Shown: positions 55,823 to 64,000 of the stretch, one piece after another
Layout: each line of letters opens with the position of its first letter
How positions within the stretch are numbered: position 1 is the stretch's first letter
DNA from: Patescibacteria group bacterium
GTDB taxonomy: Bacteria; Patescibacteriota; Patescibacteriia; 2-12-FULL-57-11
DNA: 64,000 nucleotides
Assembly (NCBI GenBank): GCA_004297205.1
Contig: SCUL01000002.1
Span: 252,594-316,593 of the forward strand
Direction of reading: 5' to 3'
The notes under the pieces: model-generated
The model's input: the letters and a program-made list of their open reading frames with translations, nothing else
Databases searched by the model: none
What the model was told of the DNA's origin: nothing
Program-made: the position numbers and the translations under genes

Positions 55823-57063
55823 ACGCGCGGCGGCGGCAGTTGCGCGAGCACCGCTTCCAGCGCCTCCACGGAGCGCTCCCAACGCCAGTGCTCCTCGGCG
55901 TAGCGGCGGACGGCGGTCCGGCGGTTGACCCGCTCGGCTTCCGGCAGGGCCAGGAAGGCGCTCATGGCGCGCGCCAAAGATGCGGTGTCGACAGCGTCGG
56001 CGACGTAGGCGGGATTGATCGGTCCGAGGATTTCCGGCGTGGCGCCGACCGGCGTCCCCACGACCGGCAAACCGGAGGCCAGCGCTTCGAGCGTCGTCAG
56101 CCCCAAACCTTCGTAGGCGATGGTCGGCAGCACGTAGAGGTCGGCGGCGCCGTAGAAGTCGGCGAGCCGTCCGACCGGAATGCTGCCGATCAGCCGCACC
56201 ACATGCTCGGCCTTCTTCTGGCGAATCAGATTTTTCAGCTTGGCCTCGTCCGGCCCGCTGCCGCCGATCAAGCAGATGAGCTTGGGGTTTTTCTGGCGCG
56301 CCGCGATGCAGGCGTCGATCAGAAGCGGCAGGCCCATGCGCGGCACCAGCCGGCGGACGCTGAAGATCACATCCGCGTCCTCCGGAATGCCAAGGTGGAT
56401 GCGCAGCGCCCGGCGGCTCGGCCGCGGCGCGAAGGCGACGAGGTCCACGCCGCCGGGAATCTCCTGCGCTTTACCGGCCACGTCCGGATAGGTTTCCCCA
56501 AGCAGCTGGACCGAAAATCGGGACAGCGTGAGGATGCGCTCAGAGCGGGACAGCGCCCTGTGTTCGTTGGCTTTGGTGATGGCGAGCTGGAGCGGCGCCC
56601 CGAAGATGCCGATGATCTTGCCGAGCAACGAACGGGAGATGCTGCCGAACTTCCGATCGAGCTGCAATTCCTTATAGACGGAAGCATGGAAGAGGTACAC
56701 CGCAGGAAAGGCCCGGCTGTAGGCGGAACGGAAGTAGCCGGCGCCGGGAAACGGATGGTGCAGGATGACGGCGTCCGGCAGCCACTCCGTGAGCAGCGCC
56801 TCGAAGGCCTTGGGGACGGCCAACAGATCGACGAAACTCTTGCCGATGAGTTTGCGCAGCAATGGACGGCCGTAGCGGATGACGCGCACGCCGTCGATCG
56901 TTTCCTCGGCCGGCAGATCGGCCCGGTCGCGGTGGACGAGAACGACCACCTGATGCCCGCGCGCCGCCAACAACCGGGCATGTTCGGCCACGACACGCTC
57001 ACTTCCCCCGAAGGTGTCGGGAAAGTACAGCTGGCTGATGATCAGGATCTTTTTGGCCTCCAT
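55819..57063 (-). CDS. Glycosyltransferase family 4
   Basis: GGSER, IPGGVD, VRRLVPRMG, PT..EGLGL.TLEALA.G.PV.GTPVG. Confidence 0.9.
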   Translation of the reverse strand: MEAKKILIISQLYFPDTFGGSERVVAEHARLLAARGHQVVVLVHRDRADLPAEETIDGVRVIRYGRPLLRKLIGKSFVDLLAVPKAFEALLTEWLPDAVILHHPFPGAGYFRSAYSRAFPAVYLFHASVYKELQLDRKFGSISRSLLGKIIGIFGAPLQLAITKANEHRALSRSERILTLSRFSVQLLGETYPDVAGKAQEIPGGVDLVAFAPRPSRRALRIHLGIPEDADVIFSVRRLVPRMGLPLLIDACIAARQKNPKLICLIGGSGPDEAKLKNLIRQKKAEHVVRLIGSIPVGRLADFYGAADLYVLPTIAYEGLGLTTLEALASGLPVVGTPVGATPEILGPINPAYVADAVDTASLARAMSAFLALPEAERVNRRTAVRRYAEEHWRWERSVEALEAVLAQLPPPRV

Positions 57064-57108
57064 AGATCGCATCCATGGTATCAAAAACCGCCGAAGTTCG
57101 CTCAGAAT

Positions 57109-57158
57109 AAAAAAGGCGGTCGGGAGGGAGAGCGGTCGAAACCACTCCCCTCCCGACC
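57109..57158 (-). terminator. Intrinsic terminator of the giant repeat gene
   Basis: GGTCGGGAGGGAGAGCGGT-CGAA-ACCACTCCCCTCCCGACC with a T6 tract on the minus strand. Confidence 0.7.
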
Positions 57159-57209
57159 AGTCGCGTCAGCGTCCCAGGGGCATCTGGAACGCCGCGCGTG
57201 TACGCGCGA

Positions 57210-60200
57210 CTACGGGCAGACGACCCCGTTGTCGATCACTCCGTTGCAGTCGTCGTCGAGCCCGTTGCACACCTCGGCGGATCCGAAGGTGCTGGGGCTG
57301 CAGGGGCCGTAACCGGATCCGTCCGCGAAGCACGTCGTCGTGCCCGCGGCGCAGACGCCCGGCATGCCGGTGCTGCAGGAGAGACCGGCGCCAGCGGTGC
57401 AGGCGACACAGGTCTCGTCGACCATGCCGTTGCAGCTGTCGTCGATCGCGTTGCCGCACACCTCGGGGTTCCCGCCGGTCAGCAGCACGCACGGTCCGTA
57501 CCCGCTGCCCGAGGGCAGGCAGGTGGACTCGCCGCGCGCGCAGATCCCGGTGAGGCCCGTGGCACAGTTGATGACCGTGCCGGGCGTGCAGGAGGCGACG
57601 TCGTCGGTGACGCCGTTGCAGTCGTCGTCGGTACCGTTGCTCGGGATCTCCGAGACGGGACCGGCGACCGGCAGGCAGGCCGTGAACGACCGCCCGTCGG
57701 GACGGCAGGTCATCGAGCCCATGGTGCAGAGTCCGAGCAGGCCCGTGAGGCAGCTCTCGCTCAGACCCGGGGTGCAGACGCACCCCTCGTCCGCGGTGCC
57801 GTCGCAATCCGAGTCGATCCCGTCACCGGGGCACGTCTCGGGCAGCGGGGCGACCGTCGGGGTGCACGGCGTCCAGCTGCGACCGCTGTCGCAGGTCTGG
57901 ATGCCGGTGCTGCAGGCGCCGTCGAGGCCCGTCGTGCACGCGCGGCTCGCGCCGCTCGTGCAGAGGCAGCCATCGTCGGCGGTGCCGTCGCAGTCCGAGT
58001 CGAGCCCGTCGCCGCACAGGTCCGAGCTCGGACCGGTGGTCGACGTGCAGTGGCTCCAGCCGCGGCCGTCCGCGTCGCAGGTCTGCGTCCCGGCGGAGCA
58101 CACGCCCGGCAGCCCCGTGGGGCAGCCGCGCGTCGTTCCACCGATGCAGGTGCAGACCTCCTCGTCCGCGTTGGCGTCACAGTCGTTGTCGACGCCGTCG
58201 CAGACTTCGGAGGTGGGTCCCGTCGCGCCGACGCAGGGGCCGTAGCCCCGGCCGTCGGAACGGCAGGTGTGGGTGCCCGCGCCGCAGGCGCCGGCGAGGC
58301 CCGTGCTGCACGCCTCGGTCAGACCGGGGGTGCAGCTGCAGACCTCTTCGTCGGCGAATCCATCGCAGTCGTCGTCGAGGCCGTTGCAGGTCTCGCCGGT
58401 CGAGGGGATGGTCGGCAGGCAGGCCGTGAAGCCGCGCCCGCCGGCGATGCAGGTCATGATGCCCGCGCTGCAGACGCCCGGGAGCCCCGTGAGGCAGCCC
58501 GCACTCACGCCAACGGCGCAGGTGCAGACCTCCTCGTCGGCCGGACCGTCACAGTCGTCGTCGACCCCGTTGCAGGTCTCGGACGACGGCGCGATTCCCG
58601 GCAGACAGGGACCCCAGGTGAGGCCCGCCGCGCAGGTTTGGAGACCCGTGCTGCAGACGCCGGACTGGCCCGTCAGGCAGGAGCGCGTGGCCCCGGCCGT
58701 GCAGGAGCAGCCCTCGTCCGCGGTGCCGTCGCAGTCGTTGTCCGCACCGTCGGCGCAGACGTCGACCGTGGGGGCCGTCGTCGGCAGGCAGGTGCCCCAG
58801 CCGCGTCCGTCGCCGGAGCACGTCTGGAGGCCCGCGGCGCAGGCGCCGGGCAGGCTCGTGATGCAGCCGCGCGTCGTGGAGGCGGTGCAGGTGCACACCT
58901 CCTCGTCGGCGAGGCCGTCGCAGTCGTTGTCGCTGCCGTCGCAGATCTCGGAGCTCGGTCCCGCCGAAGGCAGGCACGGGCTCCAGGTGCGTCCGGCGTC
59001 GCAGGTCTGCGTGCCGGTGCCGCAGACGCCGAGCCGCTCCGTGTCGCACGTCCGGGTCACCCCGGGCGTACAGGAGCAGCCCTCGTCCGCCTCACCGTCG
59101 CAGTCGTTGTCGAGGCCGTCCGCGCAGACGTCGACGCTCGGCGCGCTCGTCGGCGTGCAGGGGCCGAAGCCCCGCCCGTCGGCGTCGCAGCGCTGGGTGC
59201 CGGCCGCGCACACGCCCGGCAGCGACGTCACGCAGGCGCGCGGCGCGAGGGGGGTGCAGGTGCACACGTCCTCGTCCGCGATCCCGTCGCAGTCGTCGTC
59301 CCGGCCGTTGCAGACCTCGAGGGTGGCGACGCCCGTCGGGATGCAGGCATCCCAGCGGCCGCCGGTGCAGGCCTGGAGGCCCGCGCTGCAGACGCCGTCG
59401 AGGCCGCTCGTGCACGGACGGCTCGCGCCGCTCGTGCAGGTGCAATCCTCGTCGGCGGTGCCGTCGCAGTCGGTGTCGAGGCCGTCGCCGCAGGCGTCCG
59501 CGGAGCGGACGAAGCCGCTCAGGCAGGCGCCCCAGCCGCGTCCGTCGCTGTCGCAGGTCTGGGTGCCGGCCGCGCAGCTGCCGGGCTGACCGGTGTCGCA
59601 GGCGCGCGTCGTCCCCGCGGGGCACGCGCACACCTCCTCGTCGGCCGTCCCGTCGCAGTCGTCGTCCTGGCCGTTGCAGACCTCGGCCGAACCCGCGGCG
59701 CCGGGGAGGCAGGCCGTGAAGCCGCGTCCCCCGCTCACGCAGGTCATGGTCCCGCCGGCGCAGACGCCGGCCAGGCCCGTGAGGCAGCTCGCGGAGGCGC
59801 CGACGGTGCAGGTGCACACGCCGTCGTCGTCCGCCAGCCCATCACAGTCGTTGTCGATGCCGTCGCAGATCTCGAGGCTCGGACCCGCCGAAGGCAGGCA
59901 CGGGCTCCAGATGCGTCCGGCATCGCAGGTCTGCGAGCCGCTGCTGCACGCGCCGAAGAGTCCCGTCAGACACGACTGGCTTGCGCCCGCCGTGCACGAG
60001 CACCCCTCGTCCGCGCTGCCGTCGCAGTCCGAGTCGACGCCATCGCCGCAGATGTCCACGGTGGGAGCGAGGCTCGGGATGCAGGCGTTCCAGCCGCGGC
60101 CATCACTGGCGCACGTCTCGACGCCCGCGCTGCAGAGACCGGGCAGCGACGTCACGCAGGGGCGGGTCGAGAGGCGCGTGCAGGTGCACACTTCCTCGTC

Positions 60201-62438
60201 GGCCGTCCCGTCGCAGTCGTTGTCGATGCCGTCGCACGTCTCCGTGCTCGACGCCACCGTCGGGGTGCAGGGACCCCACTCGAGTCCGTCGGTGCAGGCC
60301 TGGGTGCCGGCGGAGCAGGCGCCCGGGAGCGTCGTCACGCACGTCCGGCTCGCGCCGGGCGCGCAGTCGCAGCCCTCGTCCGCGGTGCCGTCGCAGTCCG
60401 AGTCGACGCCGTCGGCGCAGACGTCCGGGGAGGACGCCGTCGTCGGCAGGCAGGGGCTCCAGCCGCGGCCGTCGCCGTCGCAGGTCTGCTCGCCGGCGGC
60501 GCAGACGCCGCCGAGACCGCTCAGGCAGCCGCGGGTGGCGAAGGGCGTGCAGTCGCACACCTCCTCGTCCGCGACCCCGTCGCAGTCGTCGTCGACGCCG
60601 TTGCACGTCTCGGCGACGCTCCCGCTCGTGGGGAGGCAGTCGCCGTACATGCGGCCGTCGGCCGTGCAGGTCCGCGTTCCCGCGCTGCAGCGCCCAGGGA
60701 GGGTGCTGACGCAGGTGATCACGTCGCCGGGAGCGCAGGTGCACCCCTCGTCGGCCGTGCCGTCGCAGTCGCTATCCACGCCGTCTCCGCAGACGTCGGG
60801 GAAGGCCAGCCAGGGCCAGATGAACGGCTCGCACGGACTCCAGCCGCGGCCGTCGGCGCTGCAGAACTGGGTGCCGTCGGCGCACTCGCCGAAGAACCCG
60901 GTCACGCAGAGGCGGAAGTCGAAGGGCGTGCAGGTGCACACCTCCTCGTCGGCCGTCCCGTCGCAGTCGTTGTCGATGCCGTCGCAGGTCTCGGACGTCG
61001 GTCCGGACGTGGACAGGCAGGGACCCCAACCGCGGCCGGAGGCGTCGCAGGACTGGGTGCCCGCGGCGCACTGGCCGAACGAACCGCTCGCGCAGGCGCG
61101 GCTCGAGAGCGGCGTGCAGTCGCACACCTCCTCGTCCGCGGTGCCGTCGCAGTCGTTGTCCAGTCCGTCGCAGACCTCGGAGCCCGGACCGCTCGTCGGC
61201 AGGCACGGCGTGTAGCCGCGGCCGCCGTCGGCGCAGGTCTGGGTGCCGGTGGCGCAGACGCCGTCCTCGCCGCTGAGGCAGCTGCGGGTGGCGCCGGGCG
61301 TGCAGTCGCACACGTCGTCGTCATCCGCGATGCCGTCGCAGTCGTCGTCGACGCCGTTGCAGCGCTCGGGGCTCGGGACGTTCAGCGACAGGCAGGTGCC
61401 GTAGCTGCGTCCGTCGCTGGAGCACCGCTGCTCGCCGATGTCGCAGGCGCCGGGGATGCCGCTGTGGCAGGACCGGATGTCTCCGGGCATGCAGTCGCAC
61501 ACCTCCTCGTCCGCCGTTCCGTCGCAGTCGTTGTCGAGACCGTCGCAGGTCTCGGGGCTCGCGCCCAGGTCCGGGATGCAGTGGCCCCACACCGAGTCGG
61601 TGCAGGTCTGCAGGCCGCCGGCGCACTCGCCCGGGAGCGGAGAGACGCACGGTCGGCTCGCGCCGCTCGTGCACTCGCAGCCCTCGTCGGCCGTGCCGTC
61701 GCAGTCGTTGTCGACGCCGTCGTCACAGACCTCGTCGGACTCCGTCACCGTGGGCAGGCAGGGACCGAAGCCTCGGCCCGCCGCGGTGCAGGTCTGCGTG
61801 CCGGTGCGGCACGCTCCCGCGAGTCCCGTCAGGCAGCTGCGCGCCGACCCCGCCGAACACTCGCAGACGTCCTCGTCCGCGATGCCGTCGCAGTCGTTGT
61901 CGATGCCGTCGCAGGTCTCCGCGGATTCGCGCGCGCTCGGCAGGCACTCCGTGAAGGAGATGCCGTCCGGGCGGCAGCGCATCGTGCCGAGCGCGCAGGC
62001 GCCGGGCAGATCCGTGATGCAGGGCTCGGTCACGCCGGGGTCGCAGCTGCACCCCTCGTCGACCATGCCGTTGCAGTTGTTGTCCCTTCGGTCGTCGCAG
62101 ATCTCGATCTCGTCGCCGCACAGGCAGTCGATGTGATCGTCGATCTGACCGTCGCAGTCGTTGTCGACCGCGTCGCAGACCTCGCCGCTGGGCAGGCCCT
62201 CGCCGACGCAGTGGCCCCACGTGCCGTCCGGCGCGCAGAGCCGCACCCCGTTGGTGCACTGACCGAGCCCGCCGTACCCGCTGCAGATCCCGGTGATGCC
62301 CGGAACGCAGTCGCCGGACGGCGGCACGCCGCCGTCAGGACTAGGAATGAAGACGTTGGTGTCTCCCTCCTGGGTCGTACATCCGCTGAAGATGCCGAGC
62401 AGCACGCCGAGCGCGATCGCCCGACAGGTGTTGCTCAT
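57210..62438 (-). CDS. Giant Cys-rich tandem-repeat putative lipoprotein (MopE-related / putative metal-binding motif repeats)
   Basis: GGAGG then ATG 62438 (alternative 62456); lipobox IFSGC; 28 copies by hand count of E/D-x-C-(x)-D/N-G-x-D-x-D-C-D-G-x-x-D-E in ~62-aa, 8-Cys units. Confidence 0.85.
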   Translation of the reverse strand: MSNTCRAIALGVLLGIFSGCTTQEGDTNVFIPSPDGGVPPSGDCVPGITGICSGYGGLGQCTNGVRLCAPDGTWGHCVGEGLPSGEVCDAVDNDCDGQIDDHIDCLCGDEIEICDDRRDNNCNGMVDEGCSCDPGVTEPCITDLPGACALGTMRCRPDGISFTECLPSARESAETCDGIDNDCDGIADEDVCECSAGSARSCLTGLAGACRTGTQTCTAAGRGFGPCLPTVTESDEVCDDGVDNDCDGTADEGCECTSGASRPCVSPLPGECAGGLQTCTDSVWGHCIPDLGASPETCDGLDNDCDGTADEEVCDCMPGDIRSCHSGIPGACDIGEQRCSSDGRSYGTCLSLNVPSPERCNGVDDDCDGIADDDDVCDCTPGATRSCLSGEDGVCATGTQTCADGGRGYTPCLPTSGPGSEVCDGLDNDCDGTADEEVCDCTPLSSRACASGSFGQCAAGTQSCDASGRGWGPCLSTSGPTSETCDGIDNDCDGTADEEVCTCTPFDFRLCVTGFFGECADGTQFCSADGRGWSPCEPFIWPWLAFPDVCGDGVDSDCDGTADEGCTCAPGDVITCVSTLPGRCSAGTRTCTADGRMYGDCLPTSGSVAETCNGVDDDCDGVADEEVCDCTPFATRGCLSGLGGVCAAGEQTCDGDGRGWSPCLPTTASSPDVCADGVDSDCDGTADEGCDCAPGASRTCVTTLPGACSAGTQACTDGLEWGPCTPTVASSTETCDGIDNDCDGTADEEVCTCTRLSTRPCVTSLPGLCSAGVETCASDGRGWNACIPSLAPTVDICGDGVDSDCDGSADEGCSCTAGASQSCLTGLFGACSSGSQTCDAGRIWSPCLPSAGPSLEICDGIDNDCDGLADDDGVCTCTVGASASCLTGLAGVCAGGTMTCVSGGRGFTACLPGAAGSAEVCNGQDDDCDGTADEEVCACPAGTTRACDTGQPGSCAAGTQTCDSDGRGWGACLSGFVRSADACGDGLDTDCDGTADEDCTCTSGASRPCTSGLDGVCSAGLQACTGGRWDACIPTGVATLEVCNGRDDDCDGIADEDVCTCTPLAPRACVTSLPGVCAAGTQRCDADGRGFGPCTPTSAPSVDVCADGLDNDCDGEADEGCSCTPGVTRTCDTERLGVCGTGTQTCDAGRTWSPCLPSAGPSSEICDGSDNDCDGLADEEVCTCTASTTRGCITSLPGACAAGLQTCSGDGRGWGTCLPTTAPTVDVCADGADNDCDGTADEGCSCTAGATRSCLTGQSGVCSTGLQTCAAGLTWGPCLPGIAPSSETCNGVDDDCDGPADEEVCTCAVGVSAGCLTGLPGVCSAGIMTCIAGGRGFTACLPTIPSTGETCNGLDDDCDGFADEEVCSCTPGLTEACSTGLAGACGAGTHTCRSDGRGYGPCVGATGPTSEVCDGVDNDCDANADEEVCTCIGGTTRGCPTGLPGVCSAGTQTCDADGRGWSHCTSTTGPSSDLCGDGLDSDCDGTADDGCLCTSGASRACTTGLDGACSTGIQTCDSGRSWTPCTPTVAPLPETCPGDGIDSDCDGTADEGCVCTPGLSESCLTGLLGLCTMGSMTCRPDGRSFTACLPVAGPVSEIPSNGTDDDCNGVTDDVASCTPGTVINCATGLTGICARGESTCLPSGSGYGPCVLLTGGNPEVCGNAIDDSCNGMVDETCVACTAGAGLSCSTGMPGVCAAGTTTCFADGSGYGPCSPSTFGSAEVCNGLDDDCNGVIDNGVVCP

Positions 62439-62755
62439 TCTGCCTCCCATGTTCATGTTCCTCCGCAGTAGTCGTTTTGGCCTCCATACCGGCGATGCCC
62501 GCGCCGGCGTGAAGGACGTTGTCTCCGGATTGTCAACCTGGCGCTTTCCCGCATGGGCCAGACGTCGCCTCTGCCGCGTTCCCGACATGCGGAACGCGGT
62601 GAACATCGCTGCCTGACGCCGGCCGAGGGGGAAAGTCGAATCCTCAGCCGCCGTCTTCAGGGATGCTGCAAATCCGGGCAAATACAGAACCCGAACGAAC
62701 GCGGCACCTCACCAAAATCCTGGGCTTTTGTCAACCCTTATGTAACGAGCTACTG

Positions 62756-62783
62756 AGATTCCCCCGCCAGGCGGGGGAATGAC
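62756..62783. repeat. REP-like palindrome
   Basis: AGATTCCCCCGCC-A-GGCGGGGGAATGAC, resembling GTCATTCCC...GGGAATCT-type (dRS3/RPE-like) elements. Confidence 0.5.
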
Positions 62784-62838
62784 AAAAAAATGAACTCCGG
62801 ATCAGCGACCTCCCCAGGGGGAAGTCTCCGATCCGGAG
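62784..62838 (-). terminator. Intrinsic terminator
   Basis: CTCCGGATC...GATCCGGAG long stem followed by TTCATTTTTTT on the minus strand. Confidence 0.65.
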
Positions 62839-62867
62839 CACGGGCAGCAGGCTGCCCGGGGTGTCGG

Positions 62868-63524
62868 CTAGCGACCGACGACGAACGACCAGTTGCGGCC
62901 GCCGCCTTCGGTGATGCCGACGACCGCGACGGCGTCGGTGCGGTCGATGTCCCACACCGAGTCGCAGTTGCGGTCCTCGCTCACGAAGAGCGTGCCGCGC
63001 GTCTGCACGGCGCCGTGCTCGTCGAGTCCGACGCCCCAGACCTCGCTGCCATCGGCGGTCTCGCCGTAGGCGTTGAAGTCGACGCGGTCGCCGACCGGGA
63101 CGCGGTCGAGGCGGCAGACGACGGTGCCGGTGTCGGACGAGCACTCGCCGTCCATGCCGACGAACCGCTCGACGATGCACGCACCGCCTGGACGACAGCC
63201 CTGGACCTGCGCATAGCGGAGGTCGAGGTCGCTGCGCCAGTAGAAGCGCACGCGGGTGGTGCCCGCGGCGCATCCGCTGACGGGCGGCGGGGCGACCGGG
63301 CCGCTGTCCGCCGCGGGACGCGGCCCGGCGTCGGCGACGGGAGCGGGGCCCCCGTCCGCCGGCCAGCAGTCCTGGTCGGCCTCGTTGAGGTAGCCGTCGC
63401 CGTCGTCGTCGACGGTGTTGTTGCAGACCTCGCGCGGCTCCGGTCCGTCGCCGGTGCTGTCGGCGTCGTAGCAGCCGGCGATGCTGGTGAGAAGAGCGAA
63501 CGAGAGCGTGAGAGAGGTGCGCAT
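62868..63524 (-). CDS. Cys-rich putative lipoprotein
   Basis: AGGAG SD; lipobox SIAGC; EVCNNTVDDDGDGYLNEADQDC motif; DAGP linker; C-terminal Cys-containing beta domain. Confidence 0.75.
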   Translation of the reverse strand: MRTSLTLSFALLTSIAGCYDADSTGDGPEPREVCNNTVDDDGDGYLNEADQDCWPADGGPAPVADAGPRPAADSGPVAPPPVSGCAAGTTRVRFYWRSDLDLRYAQVQGCRPGGACIVERFVGMDGECSSDTGTVVCRLDRVPVGDRVDFNAYGETADGSEVWGVGLDEHGAVQTRGTLFVSEDRNCDSVWDIDRTDAVAVVGITEGGGRNWSFVVGR

Positions 63525-63577
63525 GGCGCAGGCTCCTGCCCAAGAGGGGGTTGAAAGTTGGTCCCTCCGGACTACGG

Positions 63578-63606
63578 TTTATATCAGAAATCGCCACCCC
63601 TGTCAA
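63578..63606 (-). promoter_or_regulatory. sigma70 promoter
   Basis: Minus strand TTGACA-17bp-TATAAA. Confidence 0.75.
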
Positions 63607-63623
63607 CCCTGGCGTTTACAGAA

Positions 63624-63674
63624 TAAAAAAACGCCCTGCAGGAGCGTGCTCACGAAGAGCACTACTCCCGCAGG
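63624..63674 (-). terminator. Intrinsic terminator
   Basis: CCCTGCAGGAGCGTGCTC-ACGAA-GAGCACTACTCCCGCAGGG with a T tract on the minus strand. Confidence 0.65.
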
Positions 63675-63702
63675 GGTTCGCCGCCTCAGAGGCAGCGCGG
63701 AC

Positions 63703-64000
63703 TCACGACCAGCGGCCGCAGTCCTCGTCGGCCGCGTCGTTGCGACCGTCGCCGTCGTTGTCGACACCGTCGTTGCAGCGCAGCTCGCGCGTGCTGCTCG
63801 AGGTGTTGACGCAGACGTTCGGCCATCCCGACGAGTCGTAGCACGGCTCGCAGGCGCCGGGGGCGAGCGTCGTCGGAGGCGTGTAGCCCCCCGACGGGAT
63901 GCTCGGCAGCGTGCAGGTGCTCCCGTTGATCTGGATCACCACGCCCCAGCCGGAGCGCAGGAAGATCGGCGAGAACGGCGTGCTGGTCTCCATGTAGGAG
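63703..64000 (-). CDS. C-terminal end of another Cys-rich protein (starts beyond the window)
   Basis: Open frame to the window edge; ends ELRCNDGVDNDGDGRNDAADEDCGRWS, the same motif class as 62868-63524. Confidence 0.7.
   Translation of the reverse strand, partial: SYMETSTPFSPIFLRSGWGVVIQINGSTCTLPSIPSGGYTPPTTLAPGACEPCYDSSGWPNVCVNTSSSTRELRCNDGVDNDGDGRNDAADEDCGRWS

Noticed and set aside
47953-57210. Assembly chimera between CPR and myxobacterial contigs
   Set aside because: Cys-rich and CPR-type genes alternate several times and are separated by intact promoters and shared terminators. Unlikely, but not excluded without reads.
57210-62438. CRISPR array or DNA tandem repeat suggested by recurring GCCGTCGCAGTCGTTGTC
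   Set aside because: Repeats are in-frame codons for DNDCDG with synonymous variation and ~186-bp spacing; no cas genes.
57198-62471. 1757-aa + strand ORF and other long antisense ORFs (e.g. 42742-45972, 13672-16671, 10856-13759, 51586-54471)
   Set aside because: Shadow frames of GC-rich genes on the opposite strand; Arg/Ala/Gly-rich with no motifs.
1-64000. Alternative genetic code (TGA = Gly, as in Gracilibacteria/Absconditabacteria)
   Set aside because: TGA ends many full-length genes, often as ATGA overlaps.

Overview
GC-rich bacterial chromosomal region using the standard genetic code (TGA is a stop, with many ATGA overlaps). It most likely comes from a Patescibacteria (CPR) genome of the ABY1/Uhrbacteria type. 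That assignment is inferred from recalled family motifs in the S-layer-like protein, the DUF5667 protein, the small HTH protein and the 50.7-52.5 kb protein, not from a search. Layout: (i) 0.26-4.2 kb, a + strand operon (TylF methyltransferase, CDP-alcohol phosphotransferase, cytidylyltransferase, HAD phosphatase, kinase-like protein); (ii) 4.3-35 kb, a large surface-glycan cluster (NeuA/NeuB module, amino-sugar enzymes, AsnB, WecB, flippase, glycosyltransferases, seven more methyltransferases); (iii) 35-47.4 kb, ECF sigma, DUF5667 protein, ~1290-aa S-layer-like protein and three tandem O-antigen-ligase/TPR proteins; (iv) 47.6-64 kb, an HTH regulator and at least six Cys/Asp-rich, myxobacterial-style exported proteins (three C-type-lectin-like paralogs, a ~1740-aa protein with ~28 Cys-rich repeats, and two more), interleaved with CPR-type envelope genes. 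I found no tRNA, rRNA, CRISPR array, integrase, transposase or reverse transcriptase. All calls are from reading motifs by eye.
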